A stretch of 63,315 bases of DNA, filler included, from Octopus bimaculoides (GCF_001194135.2; 5 parts of 4 records of this genome joined end to end with filler, not necessarily neighbours in it), one strand, 5' to 3'; positions 1 through 13,117 are shown, counted from the first letter of the whole stretch. The notes: generated by a model not told the origin, from the sequence alone. Made by a program: numbers and translations.

Positions 1-34
<34 letters not shown>

Positions 35-124
35 CACATATATATATGCCTATATTATATATGTGAGTGGAAGCATATCTGTATGTACATCCTTGTCCAT
101 AAGCCTGTGTGTTTATGCTTGCGC

Positions 125-160
<36 letters not shown>

Positions 161-180
161 ATGTATGTGTAGCCTATGCC
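1..180. repeat. (TA)n/(GT)n microsatellite-rich tract
   Basis: TA run at 1-50 and GT run at about 127-160. Confidence 0.9.
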
Positions 181-446
181 TACATACGCATCAGTATGCG
201 TAATGGTGAATGTAGGATGCAAGTTGCTGGATGAGAGAGAGAGAGGACAGAAATGATGCGGAAGAGAGTTGATGGCGGTGGTGGGTTTATAGAATGAGAC
301 TCAAAATTAACTTATGAACACAGTAAAAACATTAAAAGCTGTTGATAATGGTTGGGGAGATATTGAGAACGGTGTAGTTAAGTGGCGTGTTGGAGTGGGA
401 CATTAAACTATCGCCGTGGGTAATGGTTGTTTATAGCTTGAAGTAA

Positions 447-1790
447 CGGTGGTGGTGTTGTGGTGGTGGTGGTAGTAATGGTAAATTAATGTGGTGGTGG
501 TTATGGTGATGCTACTGTATGGGTTGTGGTATTGGTGGTGGTGGTTTGGTGGTGATGGTGGGTTGGTGGTGATGGTGGTTGCGGCAGTAGTGGTGGTGGC
601 GATGTTGGTGGTTCCAGCGGCGGCGGCGGCGGTGGTGGTGGTGGTGGTTCACGTGGTAGTGGTGATGGTGGTGATGGAGGTTGCAGTGGTAGTGGCAGTG
701 GTGATTGTGATGGTGGTGGTAGTATTAGTGATGGTTGTCTTGGTAATGGTAAAGGTGGTAGTTGCGGTTGTAGTGATGATGGTGATGGTAGTAGTGATTA
801 TATCGGTGACGGTGCTGGTTGTGATGGTGGCTGAGCTTGTGATAATGATGGTGGTGTTGGTGACGGTGTTGGTAATGGTTGTTGGTGGTGGTGGTGGTAG
901 TATTGATGGATGCGTAAGTGGTGGTGTCAATTTTGGTGATGACGGTAGTAGTCACGCTGGTGGTGCTCATAGTGGTATTGGTGATAGTAGTGTGGTGGCG
1001 GTGATGTTGCTTATGGCGGTAGTGTCAGTGAGAATTGTGAGAATGAGTAAGGATGGTAATGATGGGTGCGGTGATCGTGGGGGCGGAGACAGTAGGCGCG
1101 CTGACGGAGGTGTTGTCGTTGCTGTTGTTGTTGTTGTTGTTGGCGGTGGTGGTGGTGGTGGTGTCAGTTGTGGTGAGTACGTGCGAGAGACGTGTACCGA
1201 ATGTGTAATACTGGTTGTGGTGGTGCTGGTTGTTGTTGTGGTTGTGGTGGTGGTTGTATCGTTGTTATTATTGNNNNNNNNNNNNNNNNNNNNNNNNNNN
1301 NNNNNNNNNNNNNNNNNNNNNNNNNNNNNNNNNNNNNNNNNNNNNNNNNNNNNNNNNNNNNNNNNNNNNNNNNNNNNNNNNNNNNNNNNNNNNNNNNNNN
1401 NNNNNNNNNNNNNNNNNNNNNNNNNNNNNNNNNNNNNNNNNNNNNNNNNNNNNNNNNNNNNNNNNNNNNNNNNNNNNNNNNNNNNNNNNNNNNNNNNNNN
1501 NNNNNNNNNNNNNNNNNNNNNNNNNNNNNNNNNNNNNNNNNNNNNNNNNNNNNNNNNNNNNNNGGTGGTTTCAGTGGTGGTGGTTGTAGCAGTGGTGGTG
1601 GTGGCAGTGGCGGTGGTGTTGGTGATGGTGGTGGCGACCAAGGGCGTGATCTTCACCGCCGATGCGTTGATGGCGGTGTTAGCGATGACAGTGTTGTTTC
1701 TCATTTTAATGATAGCTGGTAGAGGGGTCGGGGAAAGATGACTGAAGAAATAATGGTCCAAGAGGATGCGGAGGTAATGGTGGTGCTTGC
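447..1790. repeat. Degenerate (GGT/GAT/GTT)n triplet low-complexity tract, interrupted by N gap 1274-1563
   Basis: Continuous GGT/GAT triplets; the source of the poly-V and poly-T ORFs in the track. Confidence 0.9.
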
Positions 1791-2104
1791 TTCAGATGGC
1801 AAGACTGGGGTGTGAGTAATAATGTTTGCCTATTATTGTAGTTGTTGTGTTGTTTGTATACTTGTTGATTCTAGTGAAAACACTCGGCTATTGCATTCAT
1901 AATGTAGATGTTGCTGAAGTTGCTCTTTTCATCACCATCGCCGCCGTAGTCATCGTCGTTGTTCTTTAAACACAGGTCAATACTTATGCTGGAGATCTTT
2001 GATCAAAGATATTTTTATTTTATTTATTATTTGCAACACTCCTATCTTTATTCAGTTCAGATTATAGTTTATGTATAAACCTACTTTAGGAAGATAGCAC
2101 AGTG

Positions 2105-2295
2105 CTATTTCAGTGAGATGTTAACTGCTATTTCAAGCATGATATTATGTGTGATCGTGTATGTCTCCACATGAGCTCGAACAGTGTCGTATTGTTCTGC
2201 TTCGTTCGTGCTTATCCTTAGGCCTTGGTCTGATTGATCAGACTTATGACGAAAGTTATTCCAGTCGTGACAATCCCTTCCTTTTTTCAGCAATG
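2105..2295 (-). mobile_element. Old interspersed repeat fragment, related to 13255-13435 and about 3405-3440
   Basis: Reverse complement contains CTTGAAATAGCAGTTAACATCTC and ACTTTCGTCATAAGTCTGATCAATCA, resembling CTAAAAACAGCAGCCAAATCTC and CCTTTGATCATCAGCTTGCTCAACCA at 13260-13410 (roughly 60-70% by eye). Confidence 0.35.
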
Positions 2296-2410
2296 TTATA
2301 GTTTGGTGTATATTACCGTAGGATAGGTGGTTTCAGGAAGAAGTCTCAGCCATTTCTAATATTTTCATGTTAGGTCTACCCCGTTGGTGTGCTTCTTGAT
2401 TTGTGCATGT

Positions 2411-2796
2411 GGAGGCGCAATGGCCCAGTGGTTAGGCCAGCGGGCTCGCGGTCGTAGGATCGCGGTTTCGATCCCCAGACTGGGCGTTGTGAGTGTTTAT
2501 TCAGCTAAAACACAAGTTCCACAAGCCTCCAGCAGGGGATGGTGGCGAACCCTGCTGTACTCTTTCACCACAACTTTCTCTCACTCTTACTTCCTGTTTC
2601 TGTTGCACCTGTATTTCAAACGACCAGCTTTGTCACACTTTGTGTCACGCTGAATCTCCCCGAGAACTACGTTAAGGTTATACGTGTCTGTGGAGTGCTC
2701 AGCCACTTGCACGTTAATTTCACGAGCAGGCTGTTCCGATGAGCAGATCAACTGGAACCCTGGACGTCGTAACCGACAGAGTGTCAAGAAGAAGAA
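2411..2796 (+). mobile_element. tRNA-derived SINE, family F (single full-looking copy)
   Basis: Head GGAGGCGCAATGGCCCAGTGG (A box) ... GGTTTCGATCCC (B box), about 300 bp body, (AAG)n tail at 2786-2796. Confidence 0.7.
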
Positions 2797-4076
2797 AGTG
2801 TGCATGGTACTATTATTTACTCATGTCAAATTTGATTGTAAAGACATGTGGCAGAAGGCACGCCAGGAATGACGATCTCGTTTTAGGCTTAAGTAGGTCT
2901 ATTTTCCGGAATGACTGAAGCGTGGAAAACATAAATTAAGTCACTCAAAAACACACTGTTAATTTCACTAAAAATTTTTATTTGGTTTAAAACGTTTGGT
3001 TATAAACGTTTTTGTCTTCCACGCAGTATTCCTTTTAGTTGAATAACGTCTACCAGATCAAATCACTTCCTTGGCAAATACACCTATTAAATTTTACAGG
3101 ATCTTTTCTGTTTGGCTACCAATTTTCAGTTTCTTCAATTCCTGTTCGAATTAATTTGATATTTGATGTAATGATATGGATTTACATGCTAATCTCTGCT
3201 TTGAAATTCATTTTTGCAATAAATCAATAAATAGAAAGTTATTAAGTTTTAAAGTTTGCAAATTTTGGGTAATTTTAGCCAATCGTAGGCCACTGACACA
3301 GTCACGCATGTTTCCATAGTAACAAGCCAAGCATCAGAATTCTTTTGTCAGCCAGTAAGCACGTGTTGACAAATATTTTCCACTCATTGAGATGTTCATA
3401 AGATGTGCTAGAAATAACAGCCAAATAGGCCTTAAATCAATCACCAAAAAATTCTTTGTTTTTACTTTTGGTTAATCGCATGAATTCCTGTATGTAGAAT
3501 ACAAATTCTCAAAAGTTTTCTGAAAATTCATAGAAATTAAAAAAAAAGTTATGAAGGGTTATATGTACAGCAGAATTTAATTTCTTTACAGTTGACAACA
3601 TATGCTGTCAAGTAGAAAATGACAGCTTCCAAATCCTGTTTTCTGACTGGGTGAAAATTATCAAACTTTAAGCTTGTATAACGCCTTTTAAAAAACTTTT
3701 CTGGAAAAAGTGAAATGACTCCTCAGATTCAACTTGGAAAACTACATTAAAGTACCAAATTTCAAAATTTGCAATTAACCAAAGTAACAAAAAAAAAAAC
3801 AATTCTACGGAATGTTTTTATTGATGTCGGTAAGATATCATTTAAGTGCAATTTGGTTTGTATTTCTTAAAAATTGTGGAACTTCTATGAGCCTACCACA
3901 TCGATTCATGATAATGTAGTTAATGTATTATTGCTTAGCACCGAGTTAATTCTGGTTGAGTCGATACAGAGTAGTGGATTAGAGGGCTGTTCACGAAAAT
4001 ATAGAACGCGGGCTACTGTTTCCATTGTATCAGAATGTCATCAGTTATCTACTATGAATAAAAATAGCAAAGGTAT

Positions 4077-4436
4077 GTGATTGACGCAAGATGTCTCTAC
4101 AAGTTTTGCAAGAGATTCGATTTTGGATGTACTTATCAAAATTTAACCAGAGAAAAAAAAAAAAAAGAGGAAAACATAATCAAAGACAAAGGTGAGGGGA
4201 CAATTATTCCTGTGGTAATTGGTCTACTCGGCACTACACGCAAACTGTCACCTAAAAGATGAAAGGAAATTGAAACTGAGACACGCATTGTCGACTTGCA
4301 GAAAAGTGCAATCCTGTAATCTGCAGGAATAGTAAGAAAGATTCTTGAGATTTCAGAAGGCTTGCTGTCCCCAAACCTTAAGATAAAGTTCCTGCTAATT
4401 GCGTTAATATGTTATTGCTTTCAGTAAAAACACCAG
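4077..4436 (+). mobile_element. R4/Dong-like RLE LINE, decayed 3' end
   Basis: Translates IIPVVIGLLGTTRKL...IVDLQKSAIL*SAGIVRKILEI, the typical RLE-LINE C-terminus; followed by (AAT)n at 4437. Confidence 0.7.
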
Positions 4437-4677
<241 letters not shown>

Positions 4678-5139
4678 NNNNNNNNNNNNNNNNNNNNNNN
4701 NNNNNNNNNNNNNNNNNNNNNNNNNNNNNNNNNNNNNNNNNNNNNNNNNNNNNNNNNNNNNNNNNNNNNNNNNNNNNNNNNNNNNNNNNNNNNNNNNNNN
4801 NNNNNNNNNNNNNNNNNNNNNNNNNNNNNNNNNNNNNNNNNNNNNNNNNNNNNNNNNNNNNNNNNNNNNNNNNNNNNNNNNNNNNNNNNNNNNNNNNNNN
4901 NNNNNNNNNNNNNNNNNNNNNNNNNNNNNNNNNNNNNNNNNNNNNNNNNNNNNNNNNNNNNNNNNNNNNNNNNNNNNNNNNNNNNNNNNNNNNNNNNNNN
5001 NNNNNNNNNNNNNNNNNNNNNNNNNNNNNNNNNNNNNNNNNNNNNNNNNNNNNNNNNNNNNNNNNNNNNNNNNNNNNNNNNNNNNNNNNNNNNNNNNNNN
5101 NNNNNNNNNNNNNNNNNNNNNNNNNNNNNNNNNNNNNNN

Positions 5140-5291
5140 AGCACATATCCTACGGAAAACACTTTCAATACAGTAACCATAAGAGCACCACAGCAAACCA
5201 CAGCACATACCCAAGGCGCACAGAGCTGCGCTCGGTAGTGAAGTGAAAGCACATTATAAAAATAAAACTACTGAACAGTAATAATAATAAT
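5140..5291 (+). mobile_element. R4/Dong-like LINE 3' terminus (subfamily ending AHILRKTLSIQ*)
   Basis: Last codons plus 3' UTR CATAAGAGCACCACAGCAAACCACAGC...; near-identical to 30765-30900 and 59034-59170; (AAT)n tail. Confidence 0.85.
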
Positions 5292-5294
5292 ATC

Positions 5295-5488
5295 TTTTTC
5301 CAAATTTTGTCACAAGATCATCAAAGTTTAGGGAGGGGACTAGTTTCACTTGTGCGTAGTTTATCGACTACGAAGTGATGAAAAACAAAGTCTGCTTAAG
5401 CGGGTTTTGAACTCAGGACTTAGCAGCAGACAAAACACCGTTAAGCATTTCGCCCGGCATGCTAACGATTCTGCCAGCTCACCACCTT
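5295..5488 (-). mobile_element. tRNA-derived SINE family B, diverged
   Basis: Reverse complement begins AAGGTGGTGAGCTGGCAGAATCGTTAGC, matching the head at 56355. Confidence 0.7.
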
Positions 5489-5499
5489 TTGATAAGAAT

Positions 5500-5578
5500 A
5501 ATAATGAGGAGGAAGAGTAGGCAGATTAGGACGATGATGAAGATGATGATGGTGTTGATGATAAGGATGATGATGAGT

Positions 5579-5630
<52 letters not shown>

Positions 5631-5670
5631 CGACGATGATGATATGACGACGACGACGACGACGATGACT
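5500..5670. repeat. (GAT)n/(GAC)n microsatellite
   Basis: Direct inspection. Confidence 0.9.
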
Positions 5671-6237
5671 TTTTCCCAGGCACAGTGCACTGTTGTACAC
5701 CCAGCAACTCTCACGCAATTAGGAGGATATTTATTTGCTGGAAATAGCAGAAATGAACGATGAACAAAAACACTAGCTCTCTTGTCGGTTTGTTAATGTT
5801 CTTTTTGTTCTAGATCTACATTTTTCCTATTGGCCACTTTACTTAGAATCACTAGAGTCATTTGTACAGTTGTTATTCAAAAACACATGCACCAGTGTGA
5901 AACTAACAGGATATATACTAAAATGACCAACGCAAACTCAAACTGTGGAACCGACCGCTTAGATAATCGTCACAAGAAAAGGGTGTGGAGAAAGGAAAAA
6001 TATTCTATTGAACAATTTGATCAACCAATAGAAGTTGGTGCAATTGATACAGACAATCAACTTAGTTAAATTCCTGATTCAAATTTCTTATCACCCATTG
6101 GTTTAGATTTATGAAGCATTGTTGTAATTTTATAGCTATTGTGTGAAGAAAAATAATGTAACAGCCTACCTACATATATATCAATTCATATATTACTATT
6201 GTCTGTCTGGTTGTGTATCTCTCTGCATGTCCCCCTC

Positions 6238-6520
6238 TTTATGTATGTATGTATGTATGCATGTATATAATCATCTGTCTCACTATCTATCTATCTATCT
6301 ATTGATCTGTCTGTCTGTCTGCCTGCCTGCCTGCCTGCCTGCCCGTCTGTCTGTCTACTATCTTACAGCTATCTATATGTATACATATCTGTGTGTATAT
6401 GTGTATAGTGTGTGTATATAAATAGAACTATTTGGTTCCTAACATTTTTTCTCTATAGAATTTTATCTTTCTCTCCCTCTCTCACTGATATCTCTCCGAC
6501 TATCTCTGCCCCATCTCTCC

Positions 6521-6551
<31 letters not shown>

Positions 6552-6587
6552 ATCCATATTTATATCTGTGTATAAATATCTCTCTCA

Positions 6588-6629
<42 letters not shown>

Positions 6630-7200
6630 GTTACTCTCATCCGTTCCCTTAATCTCTCAATACAGTGCCTATAATCATGTCTATATGTCAACATATCGAA
6701 GTGTCTTTAGATCTTCCCGTCCGTTTCTTTATTCATTTGTCTCCTCCTCTCTCACATACATCCTCTCTTTATCATTGTTTGAATTTGTGAATATACCACG
6801 CATTCTTTTACATTTCTATCGATCTTCTAATTTATTTAAATGCACACTCAGTTATCTAACTTCCTCAAACCCATCCCAAAACATAGCCGTATATTCACGT
6901 TTATATCTATATATAAGTAGCTGTCAAACAATGAAAGCGAATAATATAATTATTTCGATAAACCAAATTCTGTTTCTCTCTCTTTCTAATTCACACCATT
7001 TTCTAGTGAATATAAAGAATACTTCATTGATATTCGTATATGCATGTATGTATGTATGTATGTATGTATGTATGTATGTATGTATGTATGCATGTATGTA
7101 TGTATGTATGTATGTATGTATGTGTGTGTGTATGTGTGTGCGTGTATGTATGTATGTATGCATGAATTTATGTATGTATGTATGTATGTATGTATGTATT
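6238..7200. repeat. Cluster of (TATG)n, (TATC)n, (CCTG)n and (TC)n simple repeats
   Basis: Direct inspection. Confidence 0.85.
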
Positions 7201-7622
7201 CTATTATTCAGTTTTATTTCAAGATTTCTTGCTAAGAGAGGAGCCGCTTTCTAACCTAGATCCAAGGCTCGTTCATAGGAATTTCAACATGAACAAGCGG
7301 GTATATTTGTATGTATAGTTTTACGTACAGATTTATATGGTTTTTCTATGTATGTATTCTCATGCATATATTTGCATGTCTATACATGACCATATATACT
7401 TCTGTAAAGTTTTACAGATTTTTACAGTTGCATTGATGTCTTGTATCTCTAGTCTTCGATTCAACTTTCTCCATTCTGGTTTTGAGAAGCTTAATTTCTC
7501 AAGATTGGTACTTAGGCATTGTGTTACATATCACAGTGTCCCAATAACTACAGACATAAACCTGAACTTGTAATCGTTTCAAAGCGGGAGGTCATGCTCT
7601 AGTTTGCTTCTGGGCTATTTAG

Positions 7623-7849
7623 TTTACTCTTTTACTCCTTTAGTCTTTTACTTCTTTCAGCCATTTGACTGCGGCCATGCTGGAGCACCACCTTTAGTCG
7701 AGTAAATCGACCCCAGGACTTATTTTTGTAAGCTTAGTACTTATTCTAAGTTACGGTGACGTAAACACGCCAGCATCGGTTGTCAAGCAATGTTGGGGGG
7801 ACAAATGCAGGCACACAAACGCATACACACACACACACACACACCCACC

Positions 7850-7898
<49 letters not shown>

Positions 7899-8075
7899 TT
7901 ATCTATATACATATATACGTTGGGCTTCTTTCAGTTTTCGTCTACCAAACCCACTCACAAGGCTTTGGTCGACCCGAAGATATAGTAGAAAACACTTGCC
8001 CAAGGTGCCACACAGTGGGACTGAACCTGGAACCATGTGGTTGGTAAGCAAGCTACTTACCAAACAGCCACACCT
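7623..8075 (-). mobile_element. CORE-like tRNA SINE family A with internal (CA)/(TA) microsatellite, near full length
   Basis: Reverse complement has head GGTGTGGCTGTTTGGTAAG, B box GGTTCAGTCCC, CORE-like ACCTTGGGCAAGTG, a microsatellite, a 3' body and an (AAAGAGT)-like tail; more than 10 copies in the window. Confidence 0.85.
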
Positions 8076-9315
8076 ACGCCTACTAATGAGAGTCTTAGCA
8101 AACTTTTTAAGGGGCTATTGACTTCAAATTTCGGCACGGGCATTGTCGACCGCTGTTCCTTTTAACCTCTAAGATCAGGTGATTGTTGAGTAAAGGTCAT
8201 ACTCGTCTAAGGATCAACAACCATCATGTATCTATATATGAGAATGTATATGTATATCACTGATCAAAAACTATCATGGCATCCATTTCGTAGCTGATGG
8301 TGGATATATATAAGGTTGATGCGCTTCTTGGCTGTATACGTTTTGTAACTCGGATTCTCTGGGTGCTTCATTAAAATTCTAATTCTAGCAGGCTTAAGCT
8401 TACTCAGATTTTTGGCTTCTTGGTTTATGGTAGTTTCTTGTTTCTATTATAACATATAACATTGCTTGAAGATCTTTACATGGGGATTTTCATTCTGATA
8501 AGGGTAATGCGTTTTTTTTTATGGTTTCCTAGATTATTCAGGTTCTGTTGCGTATGTCTGTCTGTCTGTCTATCTAACTATACCTATCAATGTATGAATA
8601 TCAATATATAAATATACATATATATATATATANNNNNNNNNNNNNNNNNNNNNNNNNNNNNNNNNNNNNNNNNNNNNNNNNNNNNNNNNNNNNNNNNNNN
8701 NNNNNNNNNNNNNNNNNNNNNNNNNNNNNNNNNNNNNNNNNNNNNNNNNNNNNNNNNNNNNNNNNNNNNNNNNNNNNNNNNNNNNNNNNNNNNNNNNNNN
8801 NNNNNNNNNNNNNNNNNNNNNNNNNNNNNNNNNNNNNNNNNNNNNNNNNNNNNNNNNNNNNNNNNNNNNNNNNNNNNNNNNNNNNNNNNNNNNNNNNNNN
8901 NNNNNNNNNNNNNNNNNNNNNNNNNNNNNNNNNNNNNNNNNNNNNNNNNNNNNNNNNNNNNNNNNNNNNNNNNNNNNNNNNNNNNNNNNNNNNNNNNNNN
9001 NNNNNNNNNNNNNNNNNNNNNNNNNNNNNNNNNNNNNNNNNNNNNNNNNNNNNNNNNNNNNNNNNNNNNNNNNNNNNNNNNNNNNNNNNNNNNNNNNNNN
9101 NNNNNNNNNNNNNNNNNNNNNNNNNNNNNNNNNNNNNNNNNNNNNNNNNNNNNNNNNNNNNNNNNNNNNNNNNNNNNNNNNNNNNNNNNNNNNNNNNNNN
9201 NNNNNNNNNNNNNNNNNNNNNNNNNNNNNNNNNNNNNNNNNNNNNNNNNNNNNNNNNNNNNNNNNNNNNNNNNNNNNNNNNNNNNNNNNNNNNNNNNNNN
9301 NNNNNNNNNNNNNNN

Positions 9316-9430
9316 CCTGCAAGTAAGTTCTGCTCATTGTGGATCCTAACATTTCTTTTAAGACCCCCATTGGATTTGCAAACCCTCTGGCACACACCAC
9401 ATTCAAACGTGTGCCCAGACATATAATCAG
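9316..9430 (-). pseudogene. Isolated degenerate C2H2-type zinc finger, probably a LINE C-terminal remnant
   Basis: HTFECGVCQRVCKSNGGLKRNVRIH: C-x2-C-x12-[N]-x3-H with the first His lost; flanked by a gap and microsatellite. Confidence 0.45.
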
Positions 9431-9487
9431 AATATATATATATATATACATATATACATACATATATATACATATATATACATGTAT

Positions 9488-9530
<43 letters not shown>

Positions 9531-9531
9531 T

Positions 9532-9569
<38 letters not shown>

Positions 9570-9630
9570 CGACAGACAAAAAGCAAGACAGACAGACAGA
9601 TAGATAGATAGATAGATAGATAGATATGTA
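9421..9630. repeat. (TA)n and (TAGA)n microsatellites
   Basis: Direct inspection. Confidence 0.9.
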
Positions 9631-9859
9631 TGATGGACTCCGATAAGCTAAACTTTCTTTGTCACTCTACATTAAAGTTCCGCCAGCGATTTGTAAAGAA
9701 GCCCGCAGGCATCGCAAATATAAGGATTAGGGGTCAGTTCGAGCGGTATATTTGTAGCCGCTCATATTTTTGACATGCACACATAAACGTGACACGACAA
9801 ATAACCAATGTGTTCGCTCCAAGGTTGTTTGCTCAAAGGTATCGTGAGCTATATATACA

Positions 9860-9892
<33 letters not shown>

Positions 9893-9967
9893 GCGTGTGC
9901 GTATGTGTGTTTATATATATGCGCGCGTGTGTGTATCTATCTATATATATATATATGTGTGTGTGTG

Positions 9968-10006
<39 letters not shown>

Positions 10007-10034
10007 ACATATCTATGTGTGTGTGAGTCTGTGT

Positions 10035-10134
10035 NNNNNNNNNNNNNNNNNNNNNNNNNNNNNNNNNNNNNNNNNNNNTTAATTAATTAANNNNNNNNNN
10101 NNNNNNNNNNNNNNNNNNNNNNNNNNNNNNNNNN
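10035..10134. other. Artificial scaffold join N44-TTAATTAATTAA-N44
   Basis: Identical 100-bp construct at four places; the 12-mer gives stops in all six frames. Confidence 0.95.
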
Positions 10135-10269
10135 ATTAGAGTGAGGGTGGGTGGGTATGTTCATTAGAGTGAGGGAGGTGAGTAACAGACAGAGGTGGAT
10201 TTGATGGATAACGAATTAAGGTGGAGATGGTTTCTTTTGCCTTGTTTTTTTTTTTTATCTTGCAAGTAC

Positions 10270-10450
10270 CTGGTGACCCTGTCAGTGCAGGTGCCACTTA
10301 AATGCACCCAGTCCACACTTTGAAGTGGTTGGTGTTAGGAAGGGCATCCAGCTGTAAAAACCTTGCCAAAACTGACCTCGCCTGTGTTAGTGCCACGTAA
10401 AAAGTACTGAGTCCACTCTGCTGAGTGGTTGGTGTTGAGAAGGGCATCTG
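10270..10450 (+). mobile_element. Family C repeat fragment
   Basis: GTGGTTGGTGTTAGGAAGGGCATCCAGCTGTAAAAAC motif, present twice. Confidence 0.7.
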
Positions 10451-10455
10451 GATCT

Positions 10456-10697
10456 TTTACTCTTTAACTCTTTTACTTGTTTCACTCAATTGACTGTGGC
10501 CATGCTGGAGCACCACCGTTAGTCGAATCATATTGACCCCAGGACTTATTCTTTGTAAGCCTAGTACTTATTTTATCGGTCTCTTTTGCCAAACAGCTAG
10601 GTTACGGGGACATAAACACACCAGCATCGGTTGTCAAGCGATGTTGGGGGAACCAACACAGACACACAAACATATACACGCACATACATATATATAT
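10456..10697 (-). mobile_element. SINE family A, 3' half
   Basis: Matches 7623-7860; runs into a gap at its internal microsatellite. Confidence 0.85.
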
Positions 10698-11427
10698 NNN
10701 NNNNNNNNNNNNNNNNNNNNNNNNNNNNNNNNNNNNNNNNNNNNNNNNNNNNNNNNNNNNNNNNNNNNNNNNNNNNNNNNNNNNNNNNNNNNNNNNNNNN
10801 NNNNNNNNNNNNNNNNNNNNNNNNNNNNNNNNNNNNNNNNNNNNNNNNNNNNNNNNNNNNNNNNNNNNNNNNNNNNNNNNNNNNNNNNNNNNNNNNNNNN
10901 NNNNNNNNNNNNNNNNNNNNNNNNNNNNNNNNNNNNNNNNNNNNNNNNNNNNNNNNNNNNNNNNNNNNNNNNNNNNNNNNTGAATATAAAAATATATTAA
11001 AAAGGGTTTTGTATGATCGTGTATAGAGGAATATATTATTTAAAAGAGTTCCAACTCTGTTTTTTATGTTTTATTTATATTCTTATAAAATTAATGTGGG
11101 ATATAGAATATGGAATATATAATATAAATAGTAAAATGAAATGAAGTATTAAATGTCTTATTGAATATATGAAATATTGAGTATTAAATATAGAGAATGA
11201 CTGCCATGAAGAACTCTTTTAAATTATATGTATATATATGTATATATATATGTATATATATAAAAGATAATAAGAGTGAAAAAACTACAGAAGGCTTGTG
11301 TTTTTTCACTCTTATTATCTTTTATACATCCAACCACGTGCTTTCACATACCAACTTTCTCACCTATATATATATATACATATTATACCATCTTAGCCAT
11401 GCCAGCATGAGCAATGGATGTTAAATG

Positions 11428-11975
11428 ATGATGATTATCATCATCATCATCATCATCATTATCATCATCGTTTAATGTCCGTTTTCCATGCTGGCATGGG
11501 TTGGACAGATTGACTGAGAACTAGCAAGCCAGGAGGCTGCACAGGCTCCAATCTGATTTGGCAAGGTTTCTACAGCTGGATGCTCTTTCTAATGCCAACC
11601 CCTCCAATAGTGTAGTCGGTGCTTTTTGCATACCACCAGCACAAGTGACCGTCAGGCGGCACTGGCATCAGCCACACTCAAATGGTGTTTTTTTCGCATA
11701 CCACCAGCACAGGTATCTGTCAGGCAGCACTGATATTAGCCACGCTCGAATGGTATTTATTACATGCCAGCACGAGTGACAGTCAGGCAGCACTGGTATC
11801 AGCCGCTGTTCAACAGGTTTTCACAAGCATGACATATCGACCAACGATTGAAGGGTGCTTTTAAACAGGCTAGTTATGCGACACTGGCATCGGCTATGAC
11901 TATGATCCCACCTGGCTTGCCGGGTCTTCTCAAGCACAACATACTTCCAAATGTCTCAATCACTTGTCATTGCCT
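11428..11975 (-). mobile_element. Family C repeat with about 60-65 bp internal tandem units and (ATG)n tail
   Basis: (CAT)n + CGTTTAATGTCCGTTTTCCATGCTGGCATGGGTTGG followed by repeated GGTG(C)TTTT...GCCACCAGCAC units. Confidence 0.8.
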
Positions 11976-12229
11976 CTGTGAGGTGGTGGTGGTGGTGGTG
12001 GTGAGGATGATGATGATGATGGTGATGGTGATGATGATGAACGTAAGGATGGACGAAATGCCACTAAGCATTTTTCCTGACATGCTAACGATTCTGCCAG
12101 CTCATCGCCCTCAACAGAGTTTTACATAGAAGTGGGTAAAAGTAGCTGAGCAACGTTGACCACAAGGCTCATCATTGAAATAGCAATAAAGTAGGATTTC
12201 TTTCTGATAAATATATCCTTGTATATCGA

Positions 12230-12670
12230 GGTCTTGTTTTACTAGTAAACATACTTTCCCCATTGAATTTAGTTGCTAAAAGTTGTGCAATAAACTGGTT
12301 ATATTTATCATCCACACACCTAGACATGCACATACGCACACATCAATGTCACCATTCCCCTTCCACACGCACATACACGCTCTCACATACACACACACGC
12401 GCACCTTCATTTTGGGATCACCACTACTTTATTATCTCCCCTTCTTCCTAGCTCTCCTTTGTGACCCTCTGTCCGGCATTCGCCATGATAGATTGCTAGC
12501 TTCTAAACCTTTTTCTATTTTCTCTCCCTGTTTATTTCTGTGTGCCTTTCTGACGAACAGCGTAGGCTCAAAACATAAAAAATTTTCTCACTTCCTGTGC
12601 ATTAAACTAATACATCTGTTTGTTGTTTACACACCCATCTTCGTCTTTTGTTTTTTAGTAAATTCTCACT
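12230..12670 (+). mobile_element. Probable Penelope-like pseudo-LTR remnant
   Basis: Pyrimidine/CA-rich segment ending in a decayed hammerhead motif at 12546-12581 and a T-rich tail; family assignment is by recognition only. Confidence 0.5.
12546..12581 (+). ncRNA. Decayed minimal hammerhead ribozyme-like motif
   Basis: CTTT CTGACGA A CAGC-GTAG-GCTC AAAA CATA AAAA. Restoring two CpG-type changes and one G>C gives CUGACGA-A-GAGC/GCUC-GAAA-CGUA with stem I CUUU/AAA(A). Confidence 0.45.
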
Positions 12671-12737
12671 AAGGATTTACTTTTCGTAATGAGATAAAAA
12701 AAACTAAGGCTGTGTATAATATAGAACATTTAAACAT

Positions 12738-12882
12738 TTAACATCCAGCTGTAGAAACTCTACCAAATCAGATTGGAGCCTGGTGTAGCCATCTGGTTTC
12801 ACCAGTCCTCAGTCAAATCGTCCAACCCATGCTAGCATGGAAAGCGGACGTTAAATGACGACGACGACGACGACGATGATGA
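12738..12882 (+). mobile_element. Family C 3' end with (ACG)/(ATG) tail
   Basis: CATCCAGCTGTAGAAACTCT...CCAACCCATGCTAGCATGGAAAGCGGACGTTAA. Confidence 0.85.
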
Positions 12883-13076
12883 TATTATACACAGCCTTGG
12901 TTTTTTTATCTCATTACGAAAAGTAAATCTTTATATTCACACGCTGATATATGACCTACGTTGGACCCCTTATTCACATAACCACCGAACCTGGAGCTTA
13001 ACTGTGGTCTATCCATAACACTTACTCAGCATTACCTGAAACCTCTGGGTCTATTTGACACCACTATCCCTCATAG

Positions 13077-13117
<41 letters not shown>

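Noticed and set aside
491-1761. Long Val-rich, Thr-rich and His-rich ORFs (416 aa, 264 aa and others)
   Set aside because: Translations of a degenerate GGT/GAT triplet tract plus an N gap; open on both strands because the repeats lack stops.
2411-2480. tRNA genes at the heads of families A, B, E and F
   Set aside because: A and B boxes are present but acceptor stems do not close and each head continues into a repeated body; these are SINE heads.
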